From Sphingomonadales bacterium UBA6174 (lineage in GTDB: Bacteria > Pseudomonadota > Alphaproteobacteria > Sphingomonadales > Sphingomonadaceae): a stretch of 64,000 bases of DNA. Where the stretch lies: positions 906 to 64,905 of the forward strand of contig DITW01000069.1 of NCBI GenBank assembly GCA_002422945.1, read 5' to 3'. The translations under genes and the position numbers were made by a program. How positions within the stretch are numbered: the first letter of the stretch is position 1; each line of letters starts with the position of its first letter. This document shows positions 41,238 to 51,063 of this stretch, piece after piece. Below the pieces are notes generated by a model. The model was not told where the DNA came from, did not search any database, and saw nothing but the letters and a program-made list of their open reading frames with translations.

Positions 41238-41693
41238 ATGCAATCTAGGCGGTATCAAAGTGTCTTGGCCCCTTTATGGCGCCAAAGATTGTTGCATCCA
41301 GCAGGTGTTGTCCTTGCGGTGGCGCTGGTCATTGGCGGTTTGAATATTGGCCTTGCGCCCGGTGTTGATGCCCAGCCCGCCAAGCCCGCCGCATCTGGCC
41401 CGGCCCCGGTGTATATCCCCGCCGTTCCCTTTCGCAACCGCAACAGATTCCCGCCCTATCCAAAAGATTCCTTCGAATTAGGCGAAGAGGGGACGGTAGG
41501 GATCAAGCTCATTGTGTCGGTCAATGGCCGGGTCAGCGACATCAGGGTGGTGAAATCCAGCGGGAGTCCGAGGCTCGATCGCGCTACTGCCCTGTGGATC
41601 AAGTCGCGCTGGCGTTACCATCCTGCCATGCTCAATAACGTGCCGGTCGCCTCGACCATCGCGTTCAACGTGACATTTGTTCTCAAAAAGTAA
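41238..41693 (+). CDS. short energy transducer TonB
   Basis: N-terminal TM, YPKDSFELGEEGTV, KSSGSPRLDRAT, WRYHPA; start uncertain. Confidence 0.85.
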   Translation: MQSRRYQSVLAPLWRQRLLHPAGVVLAVALVIGGLNIGLAPGVDAQPAKPAASGPAPVYIPAVPFRNRNRFPPYPKDSFELGEEGTVGIKLIVSVNGRVSDIRVVKSSGSPRLDRATALWIKSRWRYHPAMLNNVPVASTIAFNVTFVLKK

Positions 41694-41739
41694 TTAGGCG
41701 TGGCGCACGGCGTGCTTTGAAAAATGAACTCAACCCTGA

Positions 41740-43980
41740 GTGCAGACAATGAACAGCCTTCCCGCAGTTGAAAAATTCGAACCTGTCGCCGCCAGTGATG
41801 TAGTCTCGGCCAACCCCCGGATTATCTGGTGGCTGAAGGCGATTTCGCGCGCGATCAGCGTGCTGGCGATGACTGTCGGCGCGTTGGTGGTGATTGGTGG
41901 CGTGCTGGACATTGCCTTGTTGAAAAACCTCCTCACCGGGCAGGAAACGGCATCTCCCAATGCCGCCATCGCGATTGGCCTGATCGGCGTTGCATTATGG
42001 CAATTGCAGGACGGGGAAGCCGATAATGCCGGAGAGGTGCAGTTGAAGCCGCGCCATCGATTGGCGCGGCTATGCGCGATGGGCGCGGCATTGATCGGGC
42101 TGGTCACTATCGCCGAATATATTTTCGACCGGGATTTAGGTGTCGACCATTTGCTGTTTGCCGAACCGCAATCTTCTGTCGGGACATCGATGATGGACCG
42201 TATGGCGCCCGGCACCGCCGTCAGCCTGGTGATCCTTGGCGGTGCGTTGCTGCAAATGAGCAGGCGGATGGAACATTGGTCGACGCAGGTGCTGGCGCTG
42301 GCAGTCGGCTGGATCGCGTTTCTGGCCTGTCTCGGGCATCTCTATGGTGCGGAATTGCTATATGGCGTCGTGTGCATCGGCGGGGATTGCGAGGCGACGA
42401 GCAACCTGCCGCGTTATGCGGCGGTGGCCTTGCCGACCGCATTGATGCTGGGCCTGCTTGCTTATGGCTTGCTCGCCAGCCGTCCGCATGATGGCCTGAT
42501 GAAGATCATCAGCTCTGACAGCACGGGCGGGCTGGTCGCGCGGCGGATCTTGCCGGCGGCGATCGTGTTTCCGACCGCTTTTGGCTGGTTGAACGTGTCG
42601 CTGCTCGACACGGATTTTATCCAGCCCGATCTTGGCGCGGCGCTGGTGGCGGGGATCGACGTGATTGCCGTGGGCGGCGTGCTGTGGTGGAGTTCATGGT
42701 CACTCTATCGGATCGATGTGCAGCGCCGTCTGACGGAACGGGAATTGGCGCAGGTGCGCGAACGGGAAATAGAGATCGGCTATCGCATTCAGCGGACCTT
42801 GCTGTTCGATTATCCCCCGCATGATTTGCCTTGGGCGCGATTTGCGGCGCTCACGATCCCGTCTGACCGGATCGATGGCGATTTCTTTGATTTTCTCGTC
42901 CATACGGATCGTCAGATCGATGTCATTCTTGGCGATGTGATGGGCAAGGGCGTGCCTGCCGCCCTGCTGGGCGCGGCGACAAAGACGCATTTGCTCCGCG
43001 CGTTCAGCCATTTGATCGCGATTGGCAATGATCGTGCGTCGCTGCCAGAGCCTAAGGACATCATCACCCTTGCCAATTCCCATATCGCCAATGAACTGAT
43101 CGCGCTCGATAGTTTCGTGACCGTTTGTTACGCGCGGTTCGATCTGGATCGCGATCGCCTGATCTTTGTCGATTGCGGCCATACCCATACGATCCATTAT
43201 CAGCAGCAGACCGGGAATTGTGTCTTGTTGGCAGGCGAAAATATGCCGCTTGGCCTCGATGCCCATGAAATCTACACCCAATATGAAATCGAGATCATGC
43301 CCGGCGATTTGCTGGTCTTTTATTCTGACGGCGTGACCGAGGCCCGCACGCGCACAGGTGAATTGTTCGGTGTTGAGCGGCTGGTCGATCTGGTGCAGAC
43401 CCATGCCGATCTCGATCCGGAAGAACTGACCAAGCGGCTGCGGGCGGCGGTGGAGGCATTTTCAGGCTCTGGCAGCTTTGCGGATGACCTGACGTGCGTG
43501 TCGGTGAAGCTGAAGGAACACCGCCTGCCCGGACCATTGCGTCGTGCGGAAATGGCTATTTCCAGTGATTTGAAGGAATTGGCGATTGTCCGTGACTTTG
43601 TCGAGCAAATGGCGAGCAAGGGCGTGCTGAGCGTGGACAAGGTCAATAGCTTGAAGCGCGCGGTGTCGGAGGCCGCGAGTAACATCATCATCCATGCCTA
43701 TGATCGCAGGCCGGATCGCAGGATCGAACTGGATGTCGAGGTCTTTGCCGACCGCGTCGTAGTGCGGCTGCATCATCTCGGCATGAGTTTCGATCCGCAA
43801 CAAGTGTCGGCCCCTAAATTCGACGGCTCGCAAGAAGGAGGCTTCGGCATCTACATCATCGCCCAATCCGTTGATGAAGTGCGCTATTATGTCGATGACC
43901 GTGGGCGGAACTGCATTGCGCTCGTCAAATGGGCGGATCAGCCGGATGAAAGGAGGAGTCACGATGCAAGTGACATCTGA
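41740..43980 (+). CDS. multi-TM sensor + PP2C (SpoIIE/RsbU) phosphatase + RsbW-like HATPase fusion
   Basis: ~7 TM segments; DGDFFDF, GDVMGKG, YSDGVTE, DDLT; EAASNIIIHAY, GGFGIYII. Confidence 0.88.
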   Translation: MQTMNSLPAVEKFEPVAASDVVSANPRIIWWLKAISRAISVLAMTVGALVVIGGVLDIALLKNLLTGQETASPNAAIAIGLIGVALWQLQDGEADNAGEVQLKPRHRLARLCAMGAALIGLVTIAEYIFDRDLGVDHLLFAEPQSSVGTSMMDRMAPGTAVSLVILGGALLQMSRRMEHWSTQVLALAVGWIAFLACLGHLYGAELLYGVVCIGGDCEATSNLPRYAAVALPTALMLGLLAYGLLASRPHDGLMKIISSDSTGGLVARRILPAAIVFPTAFGWLNVSLLDTDFIQPDLGAALVAGIDVIAVGGVLWWSSWSLYRIDVQRRLTERELAQVREREIEIGYRIQRTLLFDYPPHDLPWARFAALTIPSDRIDGDFFDFLVHTDRQIDVILGDVMGKGVPAALLGAATKTHLLRAFSHLIAIGNDRASLPEPKDIITLANSHIANELIALDSFVTVCYARFDLDRDRLIFVDCGHTHTIHYQQQTGNCVLLAGENMPLGLDAHEIYTQYEIEIMPGDLLVFYSDGVTEARTRTGELFGVERLVDLVQTHADLDPEELTKRLRAAVEAFSGSGSFADDLTCVSVKLKEHRLPGPLRRAEMAISSDLKELAIVRDFVEQMASKGVLSVDKVNSLKRAVSEAASNIIIHAYDRRPDRRIELDVEVFADRVVVRLHHLGMSFDPQQVSAPKFDGSQEGGFGIYIIAQSVDEVRYYVDDRGRNCIALVKWADQPDERRSHDASDI

Positions 43981-44296
43981 ATTGGTCGGCAATGTCCATC
44001 TTGTCACGCTAGATGGCGAATTGGACGCGAGCAACGTCACTTATTTCAAGGAGATGGTGCTGCCATTATTGGCCTCGCCGATCAAGTTGGTGATCGACTT
44101 GTCGGGCATCCGATTTATCGACAGTTCCGGTATGGGCGCAATGATTTCATGCCAACGCCATGCGGCGGCGGTGGGAGGGCGTTTGAAATTGTGCGGCATG
44201 TCGCCAGAAGTCCGCGCGTCATTTGAATTGCTGCGGCTCCAGTCTATTCTCGACATCAGCAATACGCGCGAAGAGGCGCTACAAAGCTTTGCGTAA
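43964..44296 (+). CDS. STAS anti-sigma-factor antagonist (RsbV-like)
   Basis: LDGELDASN, IDLSGIRFIDSSGMG; AGGAGG RBS. Confidence 0.92.
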   Translation: MQVTSELVGNVHLVTLDGELDASNVTYFKEMVLPLLASPIKLVIDLSGIRFIDSSGMGAMISCQRHAAAVGGRLKLCGMSPEVRASFELLRLQSILDISNTREEALQSFA

Positions 44297-44353
44297 AGGA
44301 ACAGGGAAATAGATTGAGTGTTGTAATCAAATAATTGTTATTGGGGAAAAATA

Positions 44354-46864
44354 TTGTCAGCTGCGCCATCAGTTCCACAGTTCAAGGAGAAAGACCTCCG
44401 GCTGGCACTGGTATGTTATGGCGGGATTTCGCTGGCGATTTATCAACATGGGATCACCAAGGAAATCCTCAAGCTGGTGCGCGCCTCCAAGGCCTATCAC
44501 AGCGATCTGGGCGAGGCGGAGAAAACCCATCCGACGCGCAGTTTTCAATCGGTGGTCGGCGATAGCCCGGAATATAATACCGAAGCGGTCTATTTTGACC
44601 TGTTGCAGGCGATTGGCCGGGAAAATCTCGACCTCCGGGTGATTGTCGATGTGATCGCAGGGTCTTCGGCGGGCGGGATCAACGGGGTTGTGTTGGCGCG
44701 TGCGCTTGCCCATGATCTGCCGATTGAGCCATTGACCGATATGTGGATCAACGAGGCCGATATTGCGCGTGTGCTGGATATGAAGGCCAAGGCGCGGTTC
44801 TGGCATAAATGGTATCTGCGGCCCTTTATCGGGCCGTTGATCTGGCTGTTGTCCAAGCGGCATCTGATGCCGTTCGTGCCGGACAGGGAGACGCGGAACA
44901 AGCTGTCCTTATTCCTGCGGTCGCGCTGGTTTCAGCCGCCATTGGACGGGCCGGGATTTTGCCATTTGCTGCTTGATGCGCTGGGTGCGATGGGAGAGCC
45001 GCGCTTCAGCACGGCATCCCTATTGCCTGCGGGGCACCGGCTTGATCTGTTGGTGACGGTCACCGATTTTTACGGAACCGAACGTTCGATCTATATTCAT
45101 GACCCGCCGATTGTGCGGGAACGTGAGCATGGACATATTTTCCGCTTTGCCTTTGAACAATTCAAGGGCGGGGCGGTGCAAAGCGACTTCGATTCCTACA
45201 ATCTGCCGTCGCTGGCCTTTGCGGCGCGGGCCACAGCCTCGTTTCCGGGCGCTTTTCCGCCGGTGCAAATCCATGAAATGGATGCGGCGCTGGCGGCGCG
45301 ACGGCAATCATGGCCTGCGCGGGAGCAGTTTTTACGGACCAATTTCCGTCATTATTTCGCGTTCAATATGAACCCGGAAAGTGCCGTTTTCGTCGATGGC
45401 AGCATCCTCAACAACAAGCCGGTGTTCGAGGCGATGGAGGCGGCCAGCGCACATCCGGCCTTTCGCGAGGTTGACCGGCGGCTGGTCTATATCGATCCCC
45501 ATCCGGGCAAGGCGCTGCGGTCGCGGCTGGGCGTCATGCCCGGCTTTATCCCGACCATTACCGGGGCGCTATCCGATCTGCCGCGCTATGAGCCGATCTT
45601 TAACGAACTTTCCCGGATCGAAATATTCAATGCCAATATAGGCCGGTTGAGAGAGGCGTTCGATTCCGCGACTCCACGCGTGCTGAAGTTGGTCGATGGC
45701 GTGGCCGGGGAGGCATTGAAACAATGCGCCGATGCGGCCCAGATCCGGCAATGGCGGCTGCAAGTGGCGCATTGCGTCAGTGCGCAAACCGCGTTGTTGT
45801 ATAACAATTACATGCAGTTGATGATCGGTGCGGGGCTGGATTATCTCACCCGGCTGATTTGTGCCATTTGCGCCTATCCGATGGGGTCGGCGCGCGCCCA
45901 TTGGGTCGCGAAAATCCTGCGCTTATGGGCGCACCAGACCGGCATCTATCGCAGCGCCTATGAAGTGCCGGCGCGTTTGGAAGATGACGCCGCGATGCCG
46001 CCATTCATGCGCTTCGTCAGTAGCTTTGACCTGAGCTTTCGTCATCGCCGCATCCAATCGGTGATGCGCGCCATCAATCGCCTGCACCAACGATCCGGCG
46101 AGGTGGATGACGTTGTCCGGTTGCGGACGTCGCTTGATAGTCTGAAGCGCCGGTTATACCGCCAAGCGAGCGCACTACGCGCCTATCAGAAGCATGATTT
46201 TCTGCGCGGCCAGACGGTGTCGCACGCGCGCGATCTGTTCAGCCGGGATCAGTTTGTCTCGTCCGTAGATGATCTCCCGGAAGTGCAGGAATTTACGACG
46301 TTCAATCGCAATGAAATCGGTGCGATCATCGAACAAATCGGTCTGGAATGCGATTTTGCGCGATTTACTCATGAAACCGATGAAATCATGGGGTCGCTTG
46401 ATGTGCAGGGGATCGTACCCCTGCTCCGTCGTGAACTGTTGGTGACCTATTTGGGATTCGATGTCTGGGATGTCGTTTCCTTTCCGATGATCAGTATGCA
46501 GGACCCACATGAAGCGCTGCAATTGACCGAGCTGCATGAAATCATCGTCGATCGCATCAGCCCGGATGATGCGACTATTTTGGCGGGTGAGGCATCGGTG
46601 CTGAAGGGCGGGGGCTTTGGTGGATTCGCCGGATTCTTCAGCCATGCCGCGCGTGAAAATGATTATCTTTGGGGGCGGCTCCATGCCGTGGATCGGTTGA
46701 TGGATATATTGGCGAGTTCAGTCGCACAGGATATGCCCGATGGCTTCGACATGCGCCCCTTCAAAAAGCGGGCGTTTGAGATCATCCTGCGGGAAGAAGC
46801 CAAGCGCTTGCCGAATATGGCGGGCATGATCGCCAAGCTGCAACAACAGGTCGCGGATTTATAG
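44354..46864 (+). CDS. patatin-like protein with DUF3376-type C-terminus
   Basis: RLALVCYGGISLA, GSSAG, DGSILNNKP, RENDYLWGRLH. Confidence 0.85.
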   Translation: MSAAPSVPQFKEKDLRLALVCYGGISLAIYQHGITKEILKLVRASKAYHSDLGEAEKTHPTRSFQSVVGDSPEYNTEAVYFDLLQAIGRENLDLRVIVDVIAGSSAGGINGVVLARALAHDLPIEPLTDMWINEADIARVLDMKAKARFWHKWYLRPFIGPLIWLLSKRHLMPFVPDRETRNKLSLFLRSRWFQPPLDGPGFCHLLLDALGAMGEPRFSTASLLPAGHRLDLLVTVTDFYGTERSIYIHDPPIVREREHGHIFRFAFEQFKGGAVQSDFDSYNLPSLAFAARATASFPGAFPPVQIHEMDAALAARRQSWPAREQFLRTNFRHYFAFNMNPESAVFVDGSILNNKPVFEAMEAASAHPAFREVDRRLVYIDPHPGKALRSRLGVMPGFIPTITGALSDLPRYEPIFNELSRIEIFNANIGRLREAFDSATPRVLKLVDGVAGEALKQCADAAQIRQWRLQVAHCVSAQTALLYNNYMQLMIGAGLDYLTRLICAICAYPMGSARAHWVAKILRLWAHQTGIYRSAYEVPARLEDDAAMPPFMRFVSSFDLSFRHRRIQSVMRAINRLHQRSGEVDDVVRLRTSLDSLKRRLYRQASALRAYQKHDFLRGQTVSHARDLFSRDQFVSSVDDLPEVQEFTTFNRNEIGAIIEQIGLECDFARFTHETDEIMGSLDVQGIVPLLRRELLVTYLGFDVWDVVSFPMISMQDPHEALQLTELHEIIVDRISPDDATILAGEASVLKGGGFGGFAGFFSHAARENDYLWGRLHAVDRLMDILASSVAQDMPDGFDMRPFKKRAFEIILREEAKRLPNMAGMIAKLQQQVADL

Positions 46865-46896
46865 CTGCGGTTCCTGAATTGTTTATTTTATTGTAT

Positions 46897-46936
46897 AAAA
46901 AAGGGGCCGAAACAGTGCGTTTCGACCCCATTTTTT
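46897..46936. terminator. bidirectional terminator
   Basis: AAAAAAGGGGCCGAAAC...GTTTCGACCCCATTTTTT. Confidence 0.7.
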
Positions 46937-46967
46937 GCGTTTTGATATGTCTGAATAAAGGCGCCGA

Positions 46968-47141
46968 TTAAGCGGCTGCACCACTCAGATTGGTCGAGAC
47001 GTTGTTGAAGGTCTTCGACAGATTGTTGCCAAGGCTCTGCATCGCAGTGATGGCAGCAACAGCGATAAGTGCCGCAATCAGGCCATATTCAATAGCCGTT
47101 GCGCCCTTATTGTTCTTCAACATTTTGCGAATGAGTTTCAT
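46968..47141 (-). CDS. flp: Flp/Tad type IV pilin (57 aa; absent from ORF track)
   Basis: hand translation MKLIRKMLKNNKG/ATAIEYGLIAALIAVAAITAMQSLGNNLSKTFNNVSTNLSGAAA, with the Flp G/xxxxEY motif. Confidence 0.95.
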   Translation of the reverse strand: MKLIRKMLKNNKGATAIEYGLIAALIAVAAITAMQSLGNNLSKTFNNVSTNLSGAAA

Positions 47142-47229
47142 GTGACGGTTCCCTGTTCCAAAGTGTCAGCCATGCTGAAATCCGCACCTTGCTTAAGGGA
47201 TTGGATTAAGTTGAACCTAGCTCGTGAAA

Positions 47230-47245
47230 GTTGATAAATTATTAA
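47230..47245 (-). promoter_or_regulatory. CtrA-like box upstream of the pilin
   Basis: minus strand TTAA-TAATTTA-TCAAC, one mismatch to TTAA-N7-TTAAC; additional TTAA half-sites nearby. Confidence 0.55.
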
Positions 47246-47389
47246 ATTTAAACATTCTCGCTTTGGGTGGAGATGGGGGCCTTGTCGTTGATATTTGCAC
47301 GCTGGCTTGCGGGAAATGCGGTTGTCGGCGACAGTCGCTGTCATAGGCTGCACGCCGGACAATGACGCGCAAAGGAAGTGCATGTGTCG

Positions 47390-48655
47390 ATGATGAAGAA
47401 GAATATCGCGCTGGCCTTCTTATTGGCGCTGTCGTCGCAAGGGCAATTAGAGGCGCAGGCCGGCACAAAGACTCAGGCAGACGCGAAAATAAGCGCGCGG
47501 ACGGTTGCCATGCATCGGCGCTTGCTCACGCTCGATACCCATCTCGATACGCCCATTCATTTTACCCGGCCCGGTTGGGACTTTGCGGATCGTCACCGGC
47601 TGGCCAGCGATCCTTCTCAGGTCGATCTCCCCCGGATGAAGCGCGGGGCGCTTGATGGCGGTTTTTTCGTGATCTACACCCCGCAAGGCGCGCGCACGCC
47701 GGAAGCGACAGCCAAGGCGCGCGATCATGCGCTGGTCCGTGCGGTGGAAATTCACGAAATGGCTGCGCGCTTGCATGACAAGGTCGCGCTGGCGACGCGG
47801 GCGGACGATGCCGAACGGATCGCGGCGCAGGGCAAGATCATCGTCTATCAAAGCATCGAAAATGCCTATCCGCTGTCCGGTGATCTTGGCCTGCTCGACA
47901 GTTTTTACGCATTGGGCGTGCGGATGATCGGGCCTGTCCATTTCCGCAATAATGACTTCGGCGATAGTTCGACTGATCCCAACGGGCCGGAATATCATGG
48001 GTTAAGCCCGCTTGGCCGCGAACTGGTCGCGCGCGCCAATGCGCTGGGGATAATGCTTGATGCCAGCCATGCCTCGGATGATGTGCTCGATCAATTGCTC
48101 GACCTATCAAAGGCACCGATCATCCTGTCCCATTCGGGGTGCGAAGGGGTGTATGATCACCCGCGCAATGTCGACGATCCCCGGTTGAAGCGGCTGGCGG
48201 ATAAGGGCGGGGTCATTCAGATCAACAGCTTTGGCGCCTATCTCGCGGCGACCGGCCCCAATCCCGAACGCGATGCGGCACTACTCAAGCTCAACCAGCA
48301 ATATGGCGACCATCATGCGATGACGCCGCACGACACCGCGCAATTCGTCGCGGCGCGTGCGGCGATCTTGCGGCGCTATCCGGGTTTTGAGCGCAGCTAC
48401 GCCCAGTTCGAGGCGCATCTGATCCATGCGTTGCGGGTGCTTGGTCTCGATCATGTCGGCATTGGTCTTGATTGGGATGGCGGCGGCGGGGTGATTGGCA
48501 TGGCGGATGTGACGGCCATTCCGCGTATTACCCAGACGTTGCTTGACGCGGGCTATAGTGAAGGCGACATTGCCAAGATCTGGGGCGGCAATGTCTTGCG
48601 CGTGATGAAGGCGGTCGAGGCCGTTGCCGCCACCGACAACAAATCGGGTGGCTGA
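47390..48655 (+). CDS. membrane dipeptidase (M19), exported
   Basis: signal peptide, DTHLD, DASH, SHSG, HPRN, GIGLDWDG. Confidence 0.9.
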   Translation: MMKKNIALAFLLALSSQGQLEAQAGTKTQADAKISARTVAMHRRLLTLDTHLDTPIHFTRPGWDFADRHRLASDPSQVDLPRMKRGALDGGFFVIYTPQGARTPEATAKARDHALVRAVEIHEMAARLHDKVALATRADDAERIAAQGKIIVYQSIENAYPLSGDLGLLDSFYALGVRMIGPVHFRNNDFGDSSTDPNGPEYHGLSPLGRELVARANALGIMLDASHASDDVLDQLLDLSKAPIILSHSGCEGVYDHPRNVDDPRLKRLADKGGVIQINSFGAYLAATGPNPERDAALLKLNQQYGDHHAMTPHDTAQFVAARAAILRRYPGFERSYAQFEAHLIHALRVLGLDHVGIGLDWDGGGGVIGMADVTAIPRITQTLLDAGYSEGDIAKIWGGNVLRVMKAVEAVAATDNKSGG

Positions 48656-48706
48656 CAGCGGTCGCCATCAGGGGCGATGGTGCTGATTTGAGGATAAGGA
48701 AATCCG

Positions 48707-49111
48707 ATGGGCGTCGATGCGATTGATCATGTGAATATCCGCACGACTGATGTTGTCGGCACCGCGCAGTTTTTTGCCGATGTGCTGGAGATGGACATTC
48801 AACCATCCCCCGGCTGTGCCGATCGCCATAGGGCCGCATGGATATGCGATGCGGCAGGGCGGGCAGTCATTCATCTTGCTGCCGTCGACATTCTTTACCC
48901 ATGGGAAGACAGCGCATCGCTTGCCGCACCGGGGAGCGCGCGCATCCATCATGTTGCACTCAAATGCAGCGGTTATGATGCGATATTACAGCGCTTAACC
49001 GGTCAGCAGCGGGTGTTTCACACCAATGATCTGCCCCAGATCGGGCTGCGGCAGATTTTCATCGAAGAGCTGAATGGGATCATGCTGGAGCTGAATTTTT
49101 TCGGGGATTAG
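48707..49111 (+). CDS. VOC/glyoxalase-family protein
   Basis: IDHVNIRT, IHHVAL, GIMLELNF. Confidence 0.85.
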   Translation: MGVDAIDHVNIRTTDVVGTAQFFADVLEMDIQPSPGCADRHRAAWICDAAGRAVIHLAAVDILYPWEDSASLAAPGSARIHHVALKCSGYDAILQRLTGQQRVFHTNDLPQIGLRQIFIEELNGIMLELNFFGD

Positions 49112-49229
49112 GTCTGTAGGACTAAGGGATGATACAGCTTCTTATGTGGTCCGGAAGGGCGTATATCTAACATTCGAAGCGACTCTGCTTCTCGGGCTGA
49201 AATAGTCGCTTCCCGAATGGAGGTGGACC

Positions 49230-49697
49230 ATGGCCAGCTACGATAGAGAGCAGGTGGTTGCGATCCTGAACAATATCCTTGAACAGGAATTGGCAGGCGT
49301 TGTGCGCTATACCCATTACTCGTTTCTGATTTTTGGACATAATCGCATTCCCATCGTGTCTTGGCTGCGCGAGCAGGCGACGGAATCATTGCGCCATGCC
49401 GAACAGGCGGGGGAGATGATTACCCATTTGGGCGCTTATCCCTCGCTTGAAATCGGCGCATTGCTGGATAGCCATCGCACCGATGTTACGATGATCTTGC
49501 GGGAGGCGCTCGAATCCGAGGGCCGGGCATTGGCATTATACTCGGCGCTATTGGATGCGGTGGCGGGCAAATCGGTGATGCTGGAAGAATATGCCCGCAC
49601 GATGATTATGGCCGAAGAGCTGCATGCGGGCGAGGTCGACAAGATGCTGCGCACGCCGGGCCAGATCAAGGACAGTGGCCTTAGGGCCAAAGGATAA
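49230..49697 (+). CDS. ferritin/bacterioferritin-like protein
   Basis: E..Y, ESLRH, E, EELH diiron ligand pattern. Confidence 0.85.
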   Translation: MASYDREQVVAILNNILEQELAGVVRYTHYSFLIFGHNRIPIVSWLREQATESLRHAEQAGEMITHLGAYPSLEIGALLDSHRTDVTMILREALESEGRALALYSALLDAVAGKSVMLEEYARTMIMAEELHAGEVDKMLRTPGQIKDSGLRAKG

Positions 49698-49715
49698 TTT
49701 GATCCGCAGGAGGAT

Positions 49716-50009
49716 GTGATGACAATCAAATCTCTCTCGCTTGAAGACTGCGAACAGGCGTTGCTCGATCCGGCGGCCGTGTTTGCCTGCCCCGGCGATG
49801 TCGTGGTGGCGCAAGGCATTTCGGACAGCCGGAAAATCGATATCTTACGGCGTTGGGAATATGATGTGCGCGAACAGGAAGTCGCGCAGGAAGAGAATAT
49901 GGCCGGGGATGTGCCGGTGACCTTGTCTCATGTGCTGGATGCGCTGCATGCGCTGGGCGCGACCGCAGGCCATCATCATGAATCCCCGACCAAACAAGGC
50001 GGCGTATGA
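49716..50009 (+). CDS. hypothetical protein
   Basis: AGGAGG RBS; DPAAVF.CP.DVV...KIDILRRWEYD; His-rich tail. Confidence 0.65.
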   Translation: MMTIKSLSLEDCEQALLDPAAVFACPGDVVVAQGISDSRKIDILRRWEYDVREQEVAQEENMAGDVPVTLSHVLDALHALGATAGHHHESPTKQGGV

Positions 50010-50045
50010 TCGCATTGACCTGAACATTCTTTGAGGAGTGACGCC

Positions 50046-50435
50046 ATGAAATACGCCCTTGCTTTTGCGCTGCTCTCCTTTTCCCTGTCACTATCCACGC
50101 CTGTGGGCGCGCAGACCCCGGCGCAGGGCAAGGCGCTGTTCCTGATGCGCTGCGCGTCTTGCCATGTCCCGCCGGATGCGCCGGTGCAGGCGACACGTGT
50201 CGGTCCGTCATTGCGCGGGGTTGTGGGCCGAAAATCCGGCACGCTCGCGACCTTTCCCCGTTATACACGCGCGATGAAGGCCTATGGGCAGGTCTGGACA
50301 CCGGCGGCGCTGGATCGTTATCTCAATGCGCCGCAACAGGTGGTCAAAGGCACGGCGATGTCCTTTCCGGGCCTGAAAAAACCGCAGGAGCGCGCATCGG
50401 TGATTGCCTATCTCAAGGCGAATTCGACACGCTGA
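50046..50435 (+). CDS. class I cytochrome c (c2-like)
   Basis: signal peptide, CASCH, GPSLRGVVGR, GTAMSFPG. Confidence 0.9.
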   Translation: MKYALAFALLSFSLSLSTPVGAQTPAQGKALFLMRCASCHVPPDAPVQATRVGPSLRGVVGRKSGTLATFPRYTRAMKAYGQVWTPAALDRYLNAPQQVVKGTAMSFPGLKKPQERASVIAYLKANSTR

Positions 50436-50444
50436 CAGCGCGGA

Positions 50445-50852
50445 TCAGCGGATCAGGATGCGGCCTTTCATGCCAAAGCCCGAATGGAGGAAATGACCGC
50501 ATTTGAGCTTGTAGCTGCCGGGCGTCACCGCGACGAACGCCACATCCACATTCCCGCCCTTCGGCACCTCGATCTTGCCATTTTGCACGACATTCTGGCT
50601 TGATGGATCGAGCGTCACTGCCGCAAAAAATGCCTTTGACGAGAAATTATGCCCGCCTGATCCTCGGTTGATCAGGCGCAGCACATAATGCTGGCCGTGG
50701 TTGAACTCCAACATTGCCGGGGTGAAGGAAAAATCCTCCAGCACGATATTACGTGTTTCCGCATGGGGTTCTGCCAATGCTTGCGTGGCCGCATGCGCGC
50801 CCGTGGCGGCGAGGCATGATAATATCAGGACATTGAAGATCAATTTCGGCAT
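50445..50852 (-). CDS. cupredoxin-domain protein
   Basis: signal peptide, HNF, CGHFLHSGFGM copper ligands. Confidence 0.85.
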   Translation of the reverse strand: MPKLIFNVLILSCLAATGAHAATQALAEPHAETRNIVLEDFSFTPAMLEFNHGQHYVLRLINRGSGGHNFSSKAFFAAVTLDPSSQNVVQNGKIEVPKGGNVDVAFVAVTPGSYKLKCGHFLHSGFGMKGRILIR

Positions 50853-51063
50853 GGCCAGAACTCCTATCCTTAATTGGTCGAAGAATATCACGTTCGGATG
50901 GTCGCGTATATGCGCGCAAATGGCGGAAACAGGCGTGTCGCCATCACCGTTTCGGCAAAAAATCAGTCGCAAAAAGGCCGTGCCTTATTTAGACACGATT
51001 TCACGGGATTCATGGCCGAAGCGCTGCCCAACCAAATCACTGTATTTCAAATGGAGTCTGTCG

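Noticed and set aside
44354..46864. Patatin as an anti-phage (CBASS-type) effector
   Set aside because: No cyclase or other defence genes nearby; the long DUF3376-type architecture differs from CapV.
49716..50009. Encapsulin cargo system with the ferritin
   Set aside because: No encapsulin shell gene and no recognisable targeting peptide.
50701..51063. N-terminal extension of the ADH ORF
   Set aside because: Overlaps the cupredoxin gene on the other strand; family similarity and the GGAG RBS point to ATG 51064.
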